This document shows, piece after piece, positions 24,141-41,280 of a stretch of DNA of 64,000 nucleotides; the stretch's first letter is position 1, and every line of letters starts with the position of its first letter. Position numbers and translations under genes: made by a program. The notes below the pieces were generated by a model, which saw nothing but the letters and a program-made list of their open reading frames with translations, ran no database searches and had not been told where the DNA came from. Source of the stretch: Felis catus (Eukaryota); the NCBI RefSeq assembly GCF_018350175.1, contig NC_058368.1, positions 174,842,001-174,906,000 of the forward strand, written 5' to 3'.

Positions 24141-27100
24141 GTAATTTCTATGACAAAGACTCATCATACATAACACTCTTTTCTCTACCATTCCTCCTCA
24201 GTTTTAATACATCTAGTGGCACTAAAAGGAAATCCCAACAGAGCAACTGGCAGCCCCCGAGAGTGGTGGACTGTGTTCCTACTCCAGGATTTGCTTACTT
24301 TGCCTGGGGAGTTTGTAAATTAATTGGGCATGTAAGACGCTGACCTGACTGGAAGAGTTACCATTGCAGTAAACACCCACCGCCGACACGCACCTGCCAG
24401 GATCAACCTCTAAAGGCTACACCAATGTTACCACATTATCCCCCCACACCACCCGTCTCCCGGCTCCAGGACTGACCTACCCCTAATTGCTCTGAAAACG
24501 AAATCTCCCGTCCCTTAGCGTGGATTTTCTGCTTGCGGCGGGAGTCCCAACTCTTCTGGGGACCTTATGACCCTACCCCTCGGTATGAGCCTCTCTTTCC
24601 TCCTCCCCGTGATGCTGCCTGCCTCGAAGAAGCCATGTAGGTGACAGAGCTTTTAACCTGTGAGGTTGTCACAGGTCGCTCCTCACTCCTTGGTTCTGAA
24701 ATGGGCTTTGGGGCAAAGCTCTACGGTAGCTGGACCACATGCCTACCATCATGCCTATCATCTGTTTAGCGTAGTGGGCATACCTGGCTTCTTGAAATCC
24801 TCTAAATACCCAAATAAATGAACCAACACAATCAAACTGGAGCCCTCGACATTACAAAGTGCTCTTTGTCCATTTGTTTTATGTGAGCCGTTTAGTTTTA
24901 ATTTACGATCGTATTTCATAACCTACCAGCGAATGACCTGCAGTATATTTGTAAAAAAGCGATGAAGCCCCAGTAACGTGAGACCGCACGCTGGCCCAGA
25001 GTTTAGAAATCTGGGCTCTGATAAGTCTAAGGCAACTGTCAGACTTTGGGGGAGATTTTTACATTCTACGAGTTAGTAATACGTGAGAGGTCAGGTTTCT
25101 GTACAATAGCTGCAAAAATCAAGATAAATTTCACAAAGGCTTCCTGCACCCCCGGCTCTGGGCTCTGTGACCTGCATTATTAACATGGTTACGTCGTGGA
25201 GAGAGTCATCGTCCCCCGACCCCTAAAGAGGCTTCGAATTGAATGCAGCTCAGTGTAGCAGGGATGACCCGTTTTACTCTGAAACGACTACTTTTTAAAT
25301 TTCCCACCTGATTCCTAGAAGTTTTTTGCTTTAAATCCTATCGCTGATCCCAAGGTCTCTAGAAAGCTAATCATTATGCCTCTGAAAAACACCTCTGAGG
25401 GCTACCGAAGCCAGGAAAAGTGCCACATGACAGAAGAGAAACCCGAGGCTTAAAGGCAATAAAAGAAAATTTTCTGGAGATTCTCTCCTTCCAAACTAGC
25501 TGCAGCTCAGAGCCAGGACTCTGCCTCTTGCACTCGTATCAGCGGGTGCATTAATTAACCTCTGGACCACACTGTAAAAACAAACTCTAAAGAAGTGTCC
25601 TACGTCCACCTAGACAATTTTATAATTCAGGAGGGTTCCATTTAACGCGCTATTTTAAATGCGTTTTTGCCCATGAAACGTAAGGACAAGTACAATTGGC
25701 TCTGCGGAGTCTGGCCAACACGCCAGTCAAGGTCGTGAAAGTTTCTTTAATATTCTTCTGTGACTAGTCATCAGAGACTTGAACCGATCAAGAATTCTTT
25801 ATAACTGCCTTGATAGCACTACCTGACCCATCTTGCCAAATGCAAATCATTTTTATTGTCTTGTGAACTGAACCAACTCTTTAAAAGTTGGAACTCACGA
25901 CATTTTCTGAAACGTTCAGAATCAGTTAAACCCAGAGCCCCCACAGTGTTCCAGAACGGTTATGTCATTTGGGAAAACATTCACCTCCCTTATTCAATAA
26001 ACGCCGTGCTTACCAAGCACCTACTTGGACCCGACACTGTTCTAAGCACCAGATACATGGTTCCGAAATAGACGGAACGAAACCTTTTCCTCCATGGGAT
26101 TCCTATCTTTCCCCACTGGTAACTCCTGCCAATGGTTTACAGGAGTTAAGTCAAGACCCAGAAAGCCACCAGTGACTAGTCTGAACTTGAACTAGGTAAC
26201 TCGGGTATCTCATTTGGCGGTCTTTGGTGGAAGCACCGACATATCAATAAAAGGAGAACATAAGCAGAGCAATCTATTCAGAAGGGAATGTGATGAGGCT
26301 GGAGGCTTGTCTTAATGCCCAGCCAGCATGCTATTTTTACCAAGATGGCATGTTACAAGATGAATAAAAATAGCAAAGTTTTCTTTAAAAAAAAAAAAAT
26401 GCTTTTACTCACACTTTCTCTAAGCTTGGGAAAATATGATTTGATGAGATCAAATAATATACACACATGTTTTTAATTTGGAGTGGCTGTGGGAGATGGA
26501 TATTATTGGGGACCGAAACCGATCCCCGCCCCCATCCCAGTGCCCTTGGTCCAGGCTGCTTCTCTTAATGAGCTACTAACATTAAAGGTATAGTAGGCCT
26601 GTATTTCAGGTCGCTAAGAAATCAAAATTTCTAAGGCCCCTTTGAGCTCTGATCAGCTGAACTGAACTAGAAATGTAACTCTTCCCCCTTTTTGTCTTTT
26701 CTTTTTCCATTTTCGTTTTTCAATATTGCTCTCTACCTAGCTGCAGCTATGTGACTTGGGGCAACTCACTTCCACTCGAATGTTCTTGTACCATATCATC
26801 ACAAAATTCCCTTCTTCTGCCTTGAGATTCTACAGTGTGGGCCTTCCCTGTTATCCTACCTCCAGTTCAAGGTATTAACCTGAAATGTCATTTAGCTTCA
26901 GGTGACAACTTGATTTTGAATCAATTCAGAAACCCAGTGGGCCCGAGGACCATCTCCTTCGTCCTGGTTTCTGCTCTTGTAGGTGACATAAACCCCAAAT
27001 TTTTGATGAAAGTGAACGCTCTGCAAAAGTACTTTTGAGAGCATGTTCCTTGGAGTCCAACGGTTCAAATCCCAGCTCTGCCATTCACCGGTGGTGAGAC

Positions 27101-27400
27101 CACAGGCAAGTAACATAATCTCTCAGGGTCTCAGTCTCCTTATCTACAAAGTGCGGATGACACATTACGGTGTTACTCTGCAGATTAAAATGAAATGAGG
27201 TAGAGACCAGATCCTGCCCGGCAGGTAGGAAGTGCTCATTTAACCTGTGTATGATCCAAAGAGATGAACAACATCATTGTTTTCTTCTTAGCTGTAGAGA
27301 ATTTAAGTAATTCTGTTTGGAGAAGTTCAGACAAGTCCTGGGGTGAGAGGGGATCAATGTTCAGGGTGACTCGTGCGTGCTGAGACCTCAGTAAAAAGTC

Positions 27401-27611
27401 TTTTTTTTTTTAACGTTTAGTTATTTTTTAGAAAGAGGGACATGGGGGAGGGGGAGAGAGAGAGGGAGACACAGAATCCAAGGCAGGCTCCAGGCTCTGA
27501 GTTGTCAGCACAGAGCCTAACGCGTGGCTCGAACTCCCAAACTGCGAGATCATGACCTGAGCTGAAGTTGCACGCTTAACCTCTTAACCAACTGAGCCAC
27601 TCAGGAGCCCC
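27401..27611 (-). mobile_element. Can-SINE
   Basis: SINEC body in reverse orientation; last Can-SINE before the SINE-free zone. Confidence 0.88.
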
Positions 27612-29139
27612 TGAAAATAGTCTTCACTTGCTGCTGATTCAGGGAAAAGGAAGGTTTAGTTGGTGTGCTTCTGATGTTGCCATTTTGAACCCCACCTACT
27701 GGTCACACATCAGTTTCACTTAATTTGCTCTAAAAAGCACATGATTGCCACTGTCTAGCCCCGACCTAGCCAGGGATTGTGTGTGAAGGGAAATTTGGGC
27801 ATTACTGCCCCTGAAAAAGACATCTGAGATGACTCAGCTTTCGTCGGTCCCCGACTTGGGAAATCTTCTGCCTTCTCTAATCGCTTCTTTCTTCCCAAGA
27901 CCTAATTTTCTTGGCACTTGCCTGCTACTGGCAAGGGAAAACTCAGTTTCCCTTCTCATCAAAGTGTGCTGTCCTTTAGTGATATCTGTGCAGGACAGAG
28001 ATGTCCCTCACCCTAGGAATAACATACGTCTGGAGGTCTGGTCCCAAAGGCAGGACCACCTCACACTGCCCTGTGCCAGTACCTGGATGCTGATGTGAGG
28101 TAGCCTTGCCCCGCCCCCACCCCGCATCCATTCAGGATGACTTCACTGTCCAGTTGCTTCCGGGGAATTCTCAAGTCCGAGATCCTGCTCCCCACACCCA
28201 CCCCTGGGACTTTTTATGTGGTCTTCTTGGCTCTTCTCTGTTCCCATTGCTAAACAAAGAGAAATCCAACTGGAAAGACTAGACGGGGTGAACGGCCGAC
28301 GCGGTGGGAAGGAGGAGGGATGAACATTTTGCAGCCCTCAGACTTTCCCTGAATTGGCCAATTTCACATCAATAAGTGCCTCATCCATCACCACCACCTT
28401 TCAGGTGATTTTCTGCGATGGGATTTCAGGAGGCACTTAGCGTCTTATATACAATTTCTTTACAAAGTCAGTTTTTCCATCATCAAGCGTTCTCAGCATT
28501 GAAATAAAAATAGGCAGAGCTTTGCTATTTAAAAAAGCTCTTTTTATATCAGGCCCTGCAACCCAGAAACCCCTTTCAGGAAACTGTACACTTTTTTTTG
28601 AGTCCACAGAAAGAAAGAAGGAAAGAAAGAGAAAAAAGGAACCAGCAAAGCAGATCTCTAGTCCTGGGAGGACTTAACCTCACCCAGGTGGGAAGAAATA
28701 TAATTAGTTGTCAAGCCTGCCTCCATTCCTTTGCTGTGTGATCTCAGGGAAGTCACCTTACCTCTCTGGGTACCCGTTTTCTCTTCTAAGACGTGGTGAT
28801 ACTGAAAGTATCCCATCTTTTACCTTGAGGGCCAAATGAGGATGTGAGTATTTTGGACACTGGAATACATTTTATAAATATAATAAGGGATCGAAGGAGG
28901 GTTTAAAGGGACTAAAGAAAGTCAAAGGCGGACTTCAGATGACTCTTGCCCCTTCGTCTTTGTTTTTTTAATTTAGAAGAACTCTTAATAATAAGAGCTA
29001 TTAAAATAGGTGCAAAATAAAATTCTAGGTGATTAAACATTACATCATAGTTGGCAATTGTTTTTAGTGACATATAAAATGTGTATTATATCGATGGTGT
29101 CTTCGATTAGACGAAATATATATTTAACATAACTCTTAC

Positions 29140-29270
29140 TATATATACAGTATCTTACTATATGTATATATTTAGTAAGTATATATAAGTATATATATAA
29201 GTATATATATAAGTATATATAAGTATATATATAGTAAGTATATATGTGTGTGTATATATATATGTGTGTG

Positions 29271-29333
<63 letters not shown>
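29140..29333. repeat. Compound (TA)n/(TG)n microsatellite
   Basis: aagtatatatat units then (TG)n and (TA)n. Confidence 0.92.
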
Positions 29334-30239
29334 CTCCTGCTTTTCTTCACTGGACGCTCGCTGTCAATAGTATTTGCAAACCGACCTAAGCTAATCTGAC
29401 CACTTGGCCTCACGCAGTGAGACATCAGTGAGCCCCTCTTCATCTTTCTTTCAATGTACAGCTATTACTTCCCCATGAATGGCAAACTACATGAAACACA
29501 GACGTGATGTGCTCTTTTAAGTAAAGGCTCTCGACAGAGCAGGTTAATATCCTGTAAATAGCTCCCCTGACATGGCTTCCTGGGCTCTGAGCCACAGGCT
29601 GTGTGATTTCAGCCCTGCTCTGCCACCTCTCTGGGCAGCTTGCTGTCTGAGGCTTACCGTTCTGCTCTGTGAAAGTGGGAGAGCTCACGGTGCTTGAATG
29701 TCAAGGTTTCTGGGAAGGCAAAGAGAGAAAATGGGAATGAAGGATGGCATCCAGACCGCAGACAAGCCAGGGCCTCGGTCTGAGGGCAGGCTCCCCACAG
29801 CTCAGGTGGGGGCTCAGGCCCCCGTGTCCTCATCTAGGAGATGGGGACACGAAAAACGGGGATACTTCACAAAGCTGCAGGGAGGAATAAAGAAGATCCT
29901 ATAAGAGGTACCTGGCCTGAGGTGCCGGCCCACACACCTTAGCACAGGGGCCCCAGGTAAATCTCCAGCCTCTGGGAGGCACTATTGCCTCGTGCTTTCA
30001 CTCAAGGCCTGTGGAATTGCCGGGTCGTTAGGTCTTATCCCAGTGGGGCCACTGCTTACCTCTGCCACCTCGGGCACGTTAATGGAGGAACCAAAGTTCC
30101 CTTAACCCAAACGCAGATGGTAACTGCATCTCCGGACGGTGCTGAGACCCCACCTAACTGATGCGTGTAGATCGCTGGGCACCCGTGCCTGGCCCTTGGG
30201 GAAGAGCTAAGAGGGGACTGTTATCTGCTTGGCTTGCTC

Positions 30240-30810
30240 CTCCGGCGGCGTCGAGGTGTAAGTTTAATGATGGGGGTGGGGGTGGGGTGGAGGTGGGATG
30301 CGGGCGCCTGGCCGACTGAGGTCTCCCGGGCCAGCGGAGCGGGCCGGGCCGGTGTCAGCGCGCATTTATTGATGGCAGGTATTTGGGGAGTAATTGAGCG
30401 CGGCGGCCGGCCCGGGGCGAGAGTGGGCCTCCACGAGCAATTAAATGTGATTAGGCCGAGACCTTCAGGATCCAGCTGGGTGATTGATAACCCGGCCGCA
30501 TTCCTGCAGGGCCCGCGACATCAAACGGGCGGCCGGCGGCGGGCGGGGCAGAGGGGGCTGCGCGAGGGGACCCGGCCCTTTCTCCGCCGGGCGCTGCCCT
30601 TCTCGCCCGCGACGCCCATGGTCAGGGAGAAAACGGCTGATATGTCCTCCTCCTGCCCAGGGGTCTCTCCCTTGCTCCCTCTCCAGGTGCAGCGGGGGAG
30701 GGAAGGGCGCAGAAGGGACTGGTGGCGAGGGGCCCCCTGCGTGAGGGCGCAGCGCCCAGAGAAGCCAGGCCGACCGCTGGGGCGGACTCTGGGAATCCCG
30801 CAGGAACGCT
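30240..30810. promoter_or_regulatory. Orphan CpG island ~4.5 kb 3' of the MSX2 end
   Basis: CpG-dense with embedded AT-rich homeodomain motifs. Confidence 0.75.
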
Positions 30811-32519
30811 GGAACCAGGGCAGAAAGAAGGGCAACAAAGGGCCAGAAGGGGACACATAGGTGACAGTGGGAATGAGAATAAATCGAAAACGGGGGAAAA
30901 AATATGGAGAGATGCAACAGGGGAGCACGGTGGCAGAAAGAGAAGAAAATAAAGTTTAGAAGGAGAGCACGGAAGAGGAATTGTATAGATAGTAGGAGAG
31001 TAGAGAGAAGAAAAAAAATTAAAGATGTAAAGTGGGGTGAACAGGAACCAGAATGAAAGTTGAGGGAGGGAACTGAAAGAGGTAGCAAAGAAAAGAACAA
31101 GAAAGAGGGGGCAACAGGGGAGGGAAGAAACTAAAGACGAGATGGGGAATGAGAGACAAAGACTGGGGAAGACAGAAGAGAAAGAAGTGAGAAGGACGAA
31201 GAGGATGCCCTGCTGGCCTGGGTCCCTCCCCAGCTTCACCCTCTTCCATCCCAGGCCCTGCCTCCTTTTCTGCCAGTTCGGTGCCCCGAGCCAAGCATCA
31301 CCTGGTGCCTGGGAGGCCCCGGGCATTTGCCCCCAGCAGCCCAACTCCAGCCCAGCCCCAGCCCCAAGCCAGCTCTTTCTCCCTCCTGGCTGGATAAGGG
31401 GGTCCACGCCCCAAGCCCAGGGTGATCAACGGGCTCCCTGCATCCCAAGCTTGGGCCCCACGGGCCATGAATCACAAGTGGAGGTGCTGGGGTTCCTGGG
31501 GGCCGTTGCCTCGGGATCCCCGGAGTCTCCGGAGCCAGGGAACACTTTCTGTCTGTGCTGACTCCACAGACGGGATCAAAACAGCATGAAAGAAATCAGA
31601 GCGAGAACGTCGTCGGCAGGAGCTGGACTTCTAAAACCCCCTTCCGCCCCCATAGGCTTCAATATTAAAAAACCCCCTAGGAGCCTCAGACACTGTATTA
31701 ATTAGTGCAACCACCCATGAAAAGTTGGGTTTGGAGAGGCATTCTTTGCCCTGTGTGAAAAACCAAGTCTAATAAACAATTGTTAAGTTGGCCTGTTGCC
31801 GCTGGTAAATTACATAGCATTAAAAAAATAATGCTTTTCATATTAGGCACTAATTAAAGGTTGGGACAGCTTTAAAACAAGAGAGGGAGGGGGGAAATCA
31901 AAGAAAATATAAAAATGTTCTTTCAAGAGTTATGGGAGGTTAATAAAGTATGTCTGTTAGAGTGAGCCTACTTTGCCCCCAGCTACAGCCAAGCTGGAGC
32001 CACCACAATTGGGTCTCAATAAGATAATGATATTCCTTTCTCCGCTATTAAAAGCCTCCCAGTGCAAACTTAAAATGATTTATTTAATTTAGGAAATTAT
32101 GAGGTGTAACTTCAAAGCCCGAGCCGTTAGTAATGGAAAATACCAGGTTGTTTAAAATTATAATAATAATTGTTTGGAGAACTCAGGACATCAAAGTGTT
32201 TTCATCAACAAATGCAGAGGGGTCCGGAGGAGGTTGGCAAGAGTCAGAGGAGGTGGATGGAGTTCGGATTTGATTATTATGAACCTTATCAAGGCAAGAC
32301 TCAGGACTCCCGAAGCCTGGTACTCTGTTCTGCTTTGAAGCGGGCTATTTCGGAAAGTAATTTTACTGCTTTTTATTTAGTTTCTAGTAAGGAGGAGGTG
32401 AGGGGGTGGGGTAGGGTGGGAGAGGGGGAGAGGGGTCCAGGAGTTGACAGCCGACTTTTCTTCATTGCTGTCTGACCAATTTCATTAAAGAGGCCTACAG
32501 CATCACCAATCTGGAAATC

Positions 32520-32551
<32 letters not shown>

Positions 32552-32602
32552 TGAAGAAGGACACAGGCACAATCAACTTCACCAACTGGGCCCTGTGATT
32601 TC

Positions 32603-32605
<3 letters not shown>

Positions 32606-32639
<34 letters not shown>
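32606..32639. repeat. (GT)n microsatellite
   Basis: Perfect dinucleotide run. Confidence 0.95.
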
Positions 32640-32640
<1 letters not shown>

Positions 32641-33169
32641 TGACGTGGGTTCTTTTATAAATGAGGTTTATGTTTATTCCAAACCCAGCAATGGAGAGGG
32701 AGTGGGGGTGGGGACTGGCCTCTCCAACCCGTGGCAAATGAGCGGCTTTTATAGCAAAGAATGGCCGTGGGAGTTTTCATTCGGTCAGACAAGGTTCTGC
32801 TCAAAGGCAAGGATCCTCTTTTCAGTCAGGTCAGGCAGACGTTTTGCCAATGCCTGCTCCCAGCCAGCCAGGCCCTCGCTGCCTACCTCCTGCCGGCCCT
32901 GCCCCAGCATCGCCTCCGCAGGGGTGCAGGGATGGGGAGGGTGGGGAGGCTGAGTCCCAGGTCCCCAGGGATAGGGAAAGCCCCGCTGGCCAGTGAGGTG
33001 GGGAAAGGGATGGAGAGTAATGCTCCGGAGATGAGCTCTCTGGGTTTGGCGATCTGGGGAGCTCTGGAGACCCCCACGTTATGTCTAAGACAGCCTCTGC
33101 AGGGCCTGTCTTCGCGAGCCCTCGTGCCCTCCACCAGGCTCATGCTTAGGCCTCAGTTCTGCTGCTGTC

Positions 33170-33330
33170 ACTTACTGGCTCTGTGACCTTAGTGAGTACC
33201 CTCTCTGTGCCTCAGTTTTCTCATCTATGAAATGGCAGCAAGAACACATCCCCAAGGGGTGTGCAAGGATTCGATGAAATGTGCGAGGAAATGCCTACTT
33301 CTGTCCGCACTGAGCAGGAGCTCAATAAAT
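33170..33330. mobile_element. MIR remnant
   Basis: cttactggctctgtgacctt...ctctgtgcctcagttttctcatctatgaaatgg core. Confidence 0.7.
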
Positions 33331-33439
33331 GTGATTTCCTCTCCTTTCGTCTTCCCCTCTTTCCCCAAAGCAGAGCTGTCTTTCTAGAAAAGCTTGGTGA
33401 AAGCGTTGAAAGTACGGGAGGACTGGCATCTTCGGCTTT

Positions 33440-34420
33440 AAGTCCCAAGGCGCGGCTTCTCGGGTCCCAGGTGAATCAGGGTTGTCCTGCTGCCTCAGGT
33501 TGTTAGTCCGGTCTCTGGAACTCCTGGCGCACAGAGCCTGACCGAGGTGGGGACCAAGGCGACCGCCAAACCGAACACGGGGCAGGTTAGAAGGGAGGCG
33601 CAGAGTCAGCCGCACCGCCTGGGCCCCGGGGGCCTCTGGCTGTGGTCGAGGTCCCCGCAGCCCTGCCGCATCCTCGCCTCGGTAACCCCATCCACCTGGT
33701 AGCGCTGGGATGTGTATGCTTGAGCCTGAGCCACATCTTTTTTTTCTCGCTCCCGGCCTCAGTTTTCCTTTGGGATTTGGGGCGATTGGGCTAATGCGCA
33801 GTCGCCCAGACCGTTTCCAATCCACCCCATCGGCCACGCAGGTCGCAGTCTCAATTCTCCTGATCGCACCCTGGTTTGCGAACCCCTCCTCCAGAGGGCA
33901 AGCTGTCTTAACCCGGAGCTGCCGTCTCCGGATCCCCCAACCGGGGTTGAGATCGCCCGAGGCTGCGGGGTCGAGCGGCGCCGGGAAGGAAGCTCGGTGG
34001 ACGGGCTAATTAGGGACCCAACGTGGCGGTTGGATTCCGGGCTGGGATTAGGAGGCCCATCGGGATGGCAGAGGCGAAAACTGGGGAGGTTTGGGACGCT
34101 CCCGGGGCTCAGCTCCGGAGCGCAGCGGTGCAGCCGCCAGAAATCGGCCCCCAGCTTGGAAGCAGGTCTGTGGGCTCGGTTCTCGCTCCGCGCTGGAGCT
34201 GGGAGATCTCAGACTCGTCGCCCGACCCGCGGGAGCTTCCCCCGGGCGGGAAAATGCAGTCCCTGGCGCCCACCTCCAGAAGGGGTGTCGGCGCAGTGAA
34301 AACGTGAGACGGAAAAGCGCCAGTCCTGGTCGATGCCCGGTCTCTATCTGCCTACCATCCGCTTCCGCAGCCTGAAGTTCTGGGCTCCCTTCTGCCCGCG
34401 TTCCCGGGGCCACCGTCGTT
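33440..34420. promoter_or_regulatory. Orphan CpG island ~1 kb 3' of the MSX2 end
   Basis: CpG-dense; ATTGG 33785, CCAAT 33817, CTAATTAG 34006-34013. Confidence 0.7.
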
Positions 34421-35235
34421 TCTCATCCGAAAACAGACCTCAGAAAGGTATCATCAGTAGCCACTTCGGATTTGTTTGTACAATAGAAAGCGGAATTTAA
34501 GATCCGTCTCGGCCTCCCTCACCCACTGCGATTTTTTTTTTTTTTTCTTTAATGGTGATGCCTCAAAACCCAAGCCTGACCCCGTTCTGTACCCAGTGGA
34601 AAGGGAGGCTGCAAAGCAAACGGGGCTTGAATGAACCACCTTCCCCCTTCAAACCGAAAAGAGCATTTGTTCGGGGTCCATCTCCTTGGAAGGAGTGAGG
34701 AATGGTAAACGGAATGCGATTTGACACACTCCCGAAAGGGCAGCAGGCAACCACCCCCACCTCCCAACCCAGGGAATGCATCTAGTTACAATCCCCATTC
34801 GCAAAGAGCTATAGGTCCCTTCCCCCCAGTTTTAAACCGGTTGCCCTTTTGGTAGCTGGCAGATTTCAAGTTCAAGATTTTCCCTTGATCATCTACCAAC
34901 CTCTCAGATCCCTGGACCCCCCCCCCCCCACTTCTTCTAAGCTCATCTTTCACTAGAGTTTGAAAAACCGAACAGCACTTCCATTTCTTCTCCACGACTA
35001 ACACAAGCAGCCAGAGGAATTATCTCCAAGGACTTGGTTCGCTATTGGCGATCGACTCCCCCAACCCAGGCTGAATCTGGGCACGACTCTTCATTGATTC
35101 ACCCGAACATCCTAATAAAAATCACCAGCCCCCTCCCCCAGTCTTGGGGGCATTTTGGAGTTGAACCCAGCTAAGAACAGAGAGCACCCTTTAAAAGAAT
35201 TGTTTGGAACAAACTTTACTGCAATAAAACAAATG

Positions 35236-35246
35236 TTTAATTTAAT
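35236..35246 (-). terminator. Distal polyadenylation signals (2x ATTAAA) of MSX2
   Basis: Plus-strand tttaatttaat; minus strand reads ATTAAATTAAA followed by U/GU-rich sequence. Confidence 0.65.
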
Positions 35247-36242
35247 TCAGAATAAGAGATAAGAAATAACTCTTCAATAAAATATATAAAATTATACAAG
35301 GCACCCTTTCAAAGGGATAAAAGTATACTGGGGGGGGGGAGGGGGGAGATTGATAGAAAGATGAAGTACCAGGAGCTAAATGGGCTGTTTGACAAGACCA
35401 TTTTTTTAGCAAGTCAAAACATGGCCTTCCCCTCTGCCCCCAACATGTTAAAAAGTATATAAATTTTTCTAATAAGTTTAGCACATACAACAGGTACACA
35501 CACAGAGAAAGCAGGATTTGTTTTTCTTTCTGGATCTATTCATTGTTCAAGAATATTCAGCATATAGGTAATGGTTACAAGATATTTTTTTTTTTTTTAA
35601 GCAGAGAATTAACTACACTCCCCGCCCCCCAGTCACCTTTGCAATGTGTGAGGACTGACTCGTACCTAGTATTTCACAGAACCCGTCAATTCCCCCGACA
35701 GGCCTTAACTTTGTACTCTCCAATTATCTGAAATGGAGTTAAGCAACAGCCTTGGGAGGAATTAGGAAGTTACTTCCAAGTCCCACCTTACCCCAAGGCA
35801 TCCTTAGGACTCTTCTCATCCCCAACCCCCTTTTATCGATCTTACAAAAAAAAAAAAAAAAAGTTAAAACTTTAACAATCTGTAACAATGTAGAAAGAGG
35901 GAAAAATAGAGGGCCAAATATGCTAGTATCTAATGTGTTTTTTAATGCGTGTAAAAATGCAAAAACATGACGTGTCCCCATCTTCTTGAGGAATCTCTCC
36001 ATTATCTAATTCCTAGGCGTGTTTCTAATTCGAAACTTTGTTTTCCATAAGCAGAAGGCAATCATCCCATCAAAATCACCCAATGTCAGCAATTTCAGCG
36101 AATAATTTGTGCCTCCTCTAAGAACAAATGGACTCTTTTAGGAAGGTGATATATAGAAAAAAAGTATAGATACTATGCATATAAATTTTGCCTTTCAAAA
36201 TAATCTGAATTTTTACGTCTGCTGTATAAAAATGTATTATAT

Positions 36243-36248
36243 TTTATT
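36243..36248 (-). terminator. Proximal polyadenylation signal AATAAA of MSX2
   Basis: Plus-strand tttatt 36243-36248, ~270 nt after the stop, overlapped by TGTA in a UA-rich context. Confidence 0.6.
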
Positions 36249-36517
36249 ACATATATATTTATATATAAAAACCATCAGAGCCAATCTTTGTGAAAGGAGA
36301 AGGGGGCATCTAGAAGATGACACCAAGAAAATGGGACTTGGTGCCTCCAGCCTAAAGAAATGCCAACTATGTCGGTGGCCCTGTGGGCCTAGCCACTTAG
36401 GGTGGTGCATGCAAAGTTTGCGGAGCAGGAGTATCGGCTTGGTACAGCCTTCTTGGAGAGGGAGGGGGGGCCCATTTAAACAAACATCCATCGTGGAGTC
36501 TATGGAGCTGGTCTTCC

Positions 36518-41280
<4,763 letters not shown>

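Larger units (their letters stand above)
35220..36517 (-). other. MSX2: MSX2 3' UTR (long form)
   Basis: AT-rich sequence free of interspersed repeats from the stop codon to tandem ATTAAA signals. Confidence 0.75.

Noticed and set aside
23591..24343. Overlapping 143-201 aa ORFs (GRKE/PSFL repeats)
   Set aside because: Translations of the GGAA/GGGA repeat.
30234..31561. Several ORFs of up to 261 aa
   Set aside because: Stop-poor CpG island plus purine-rich low-complexity sequence; no homology recognised.
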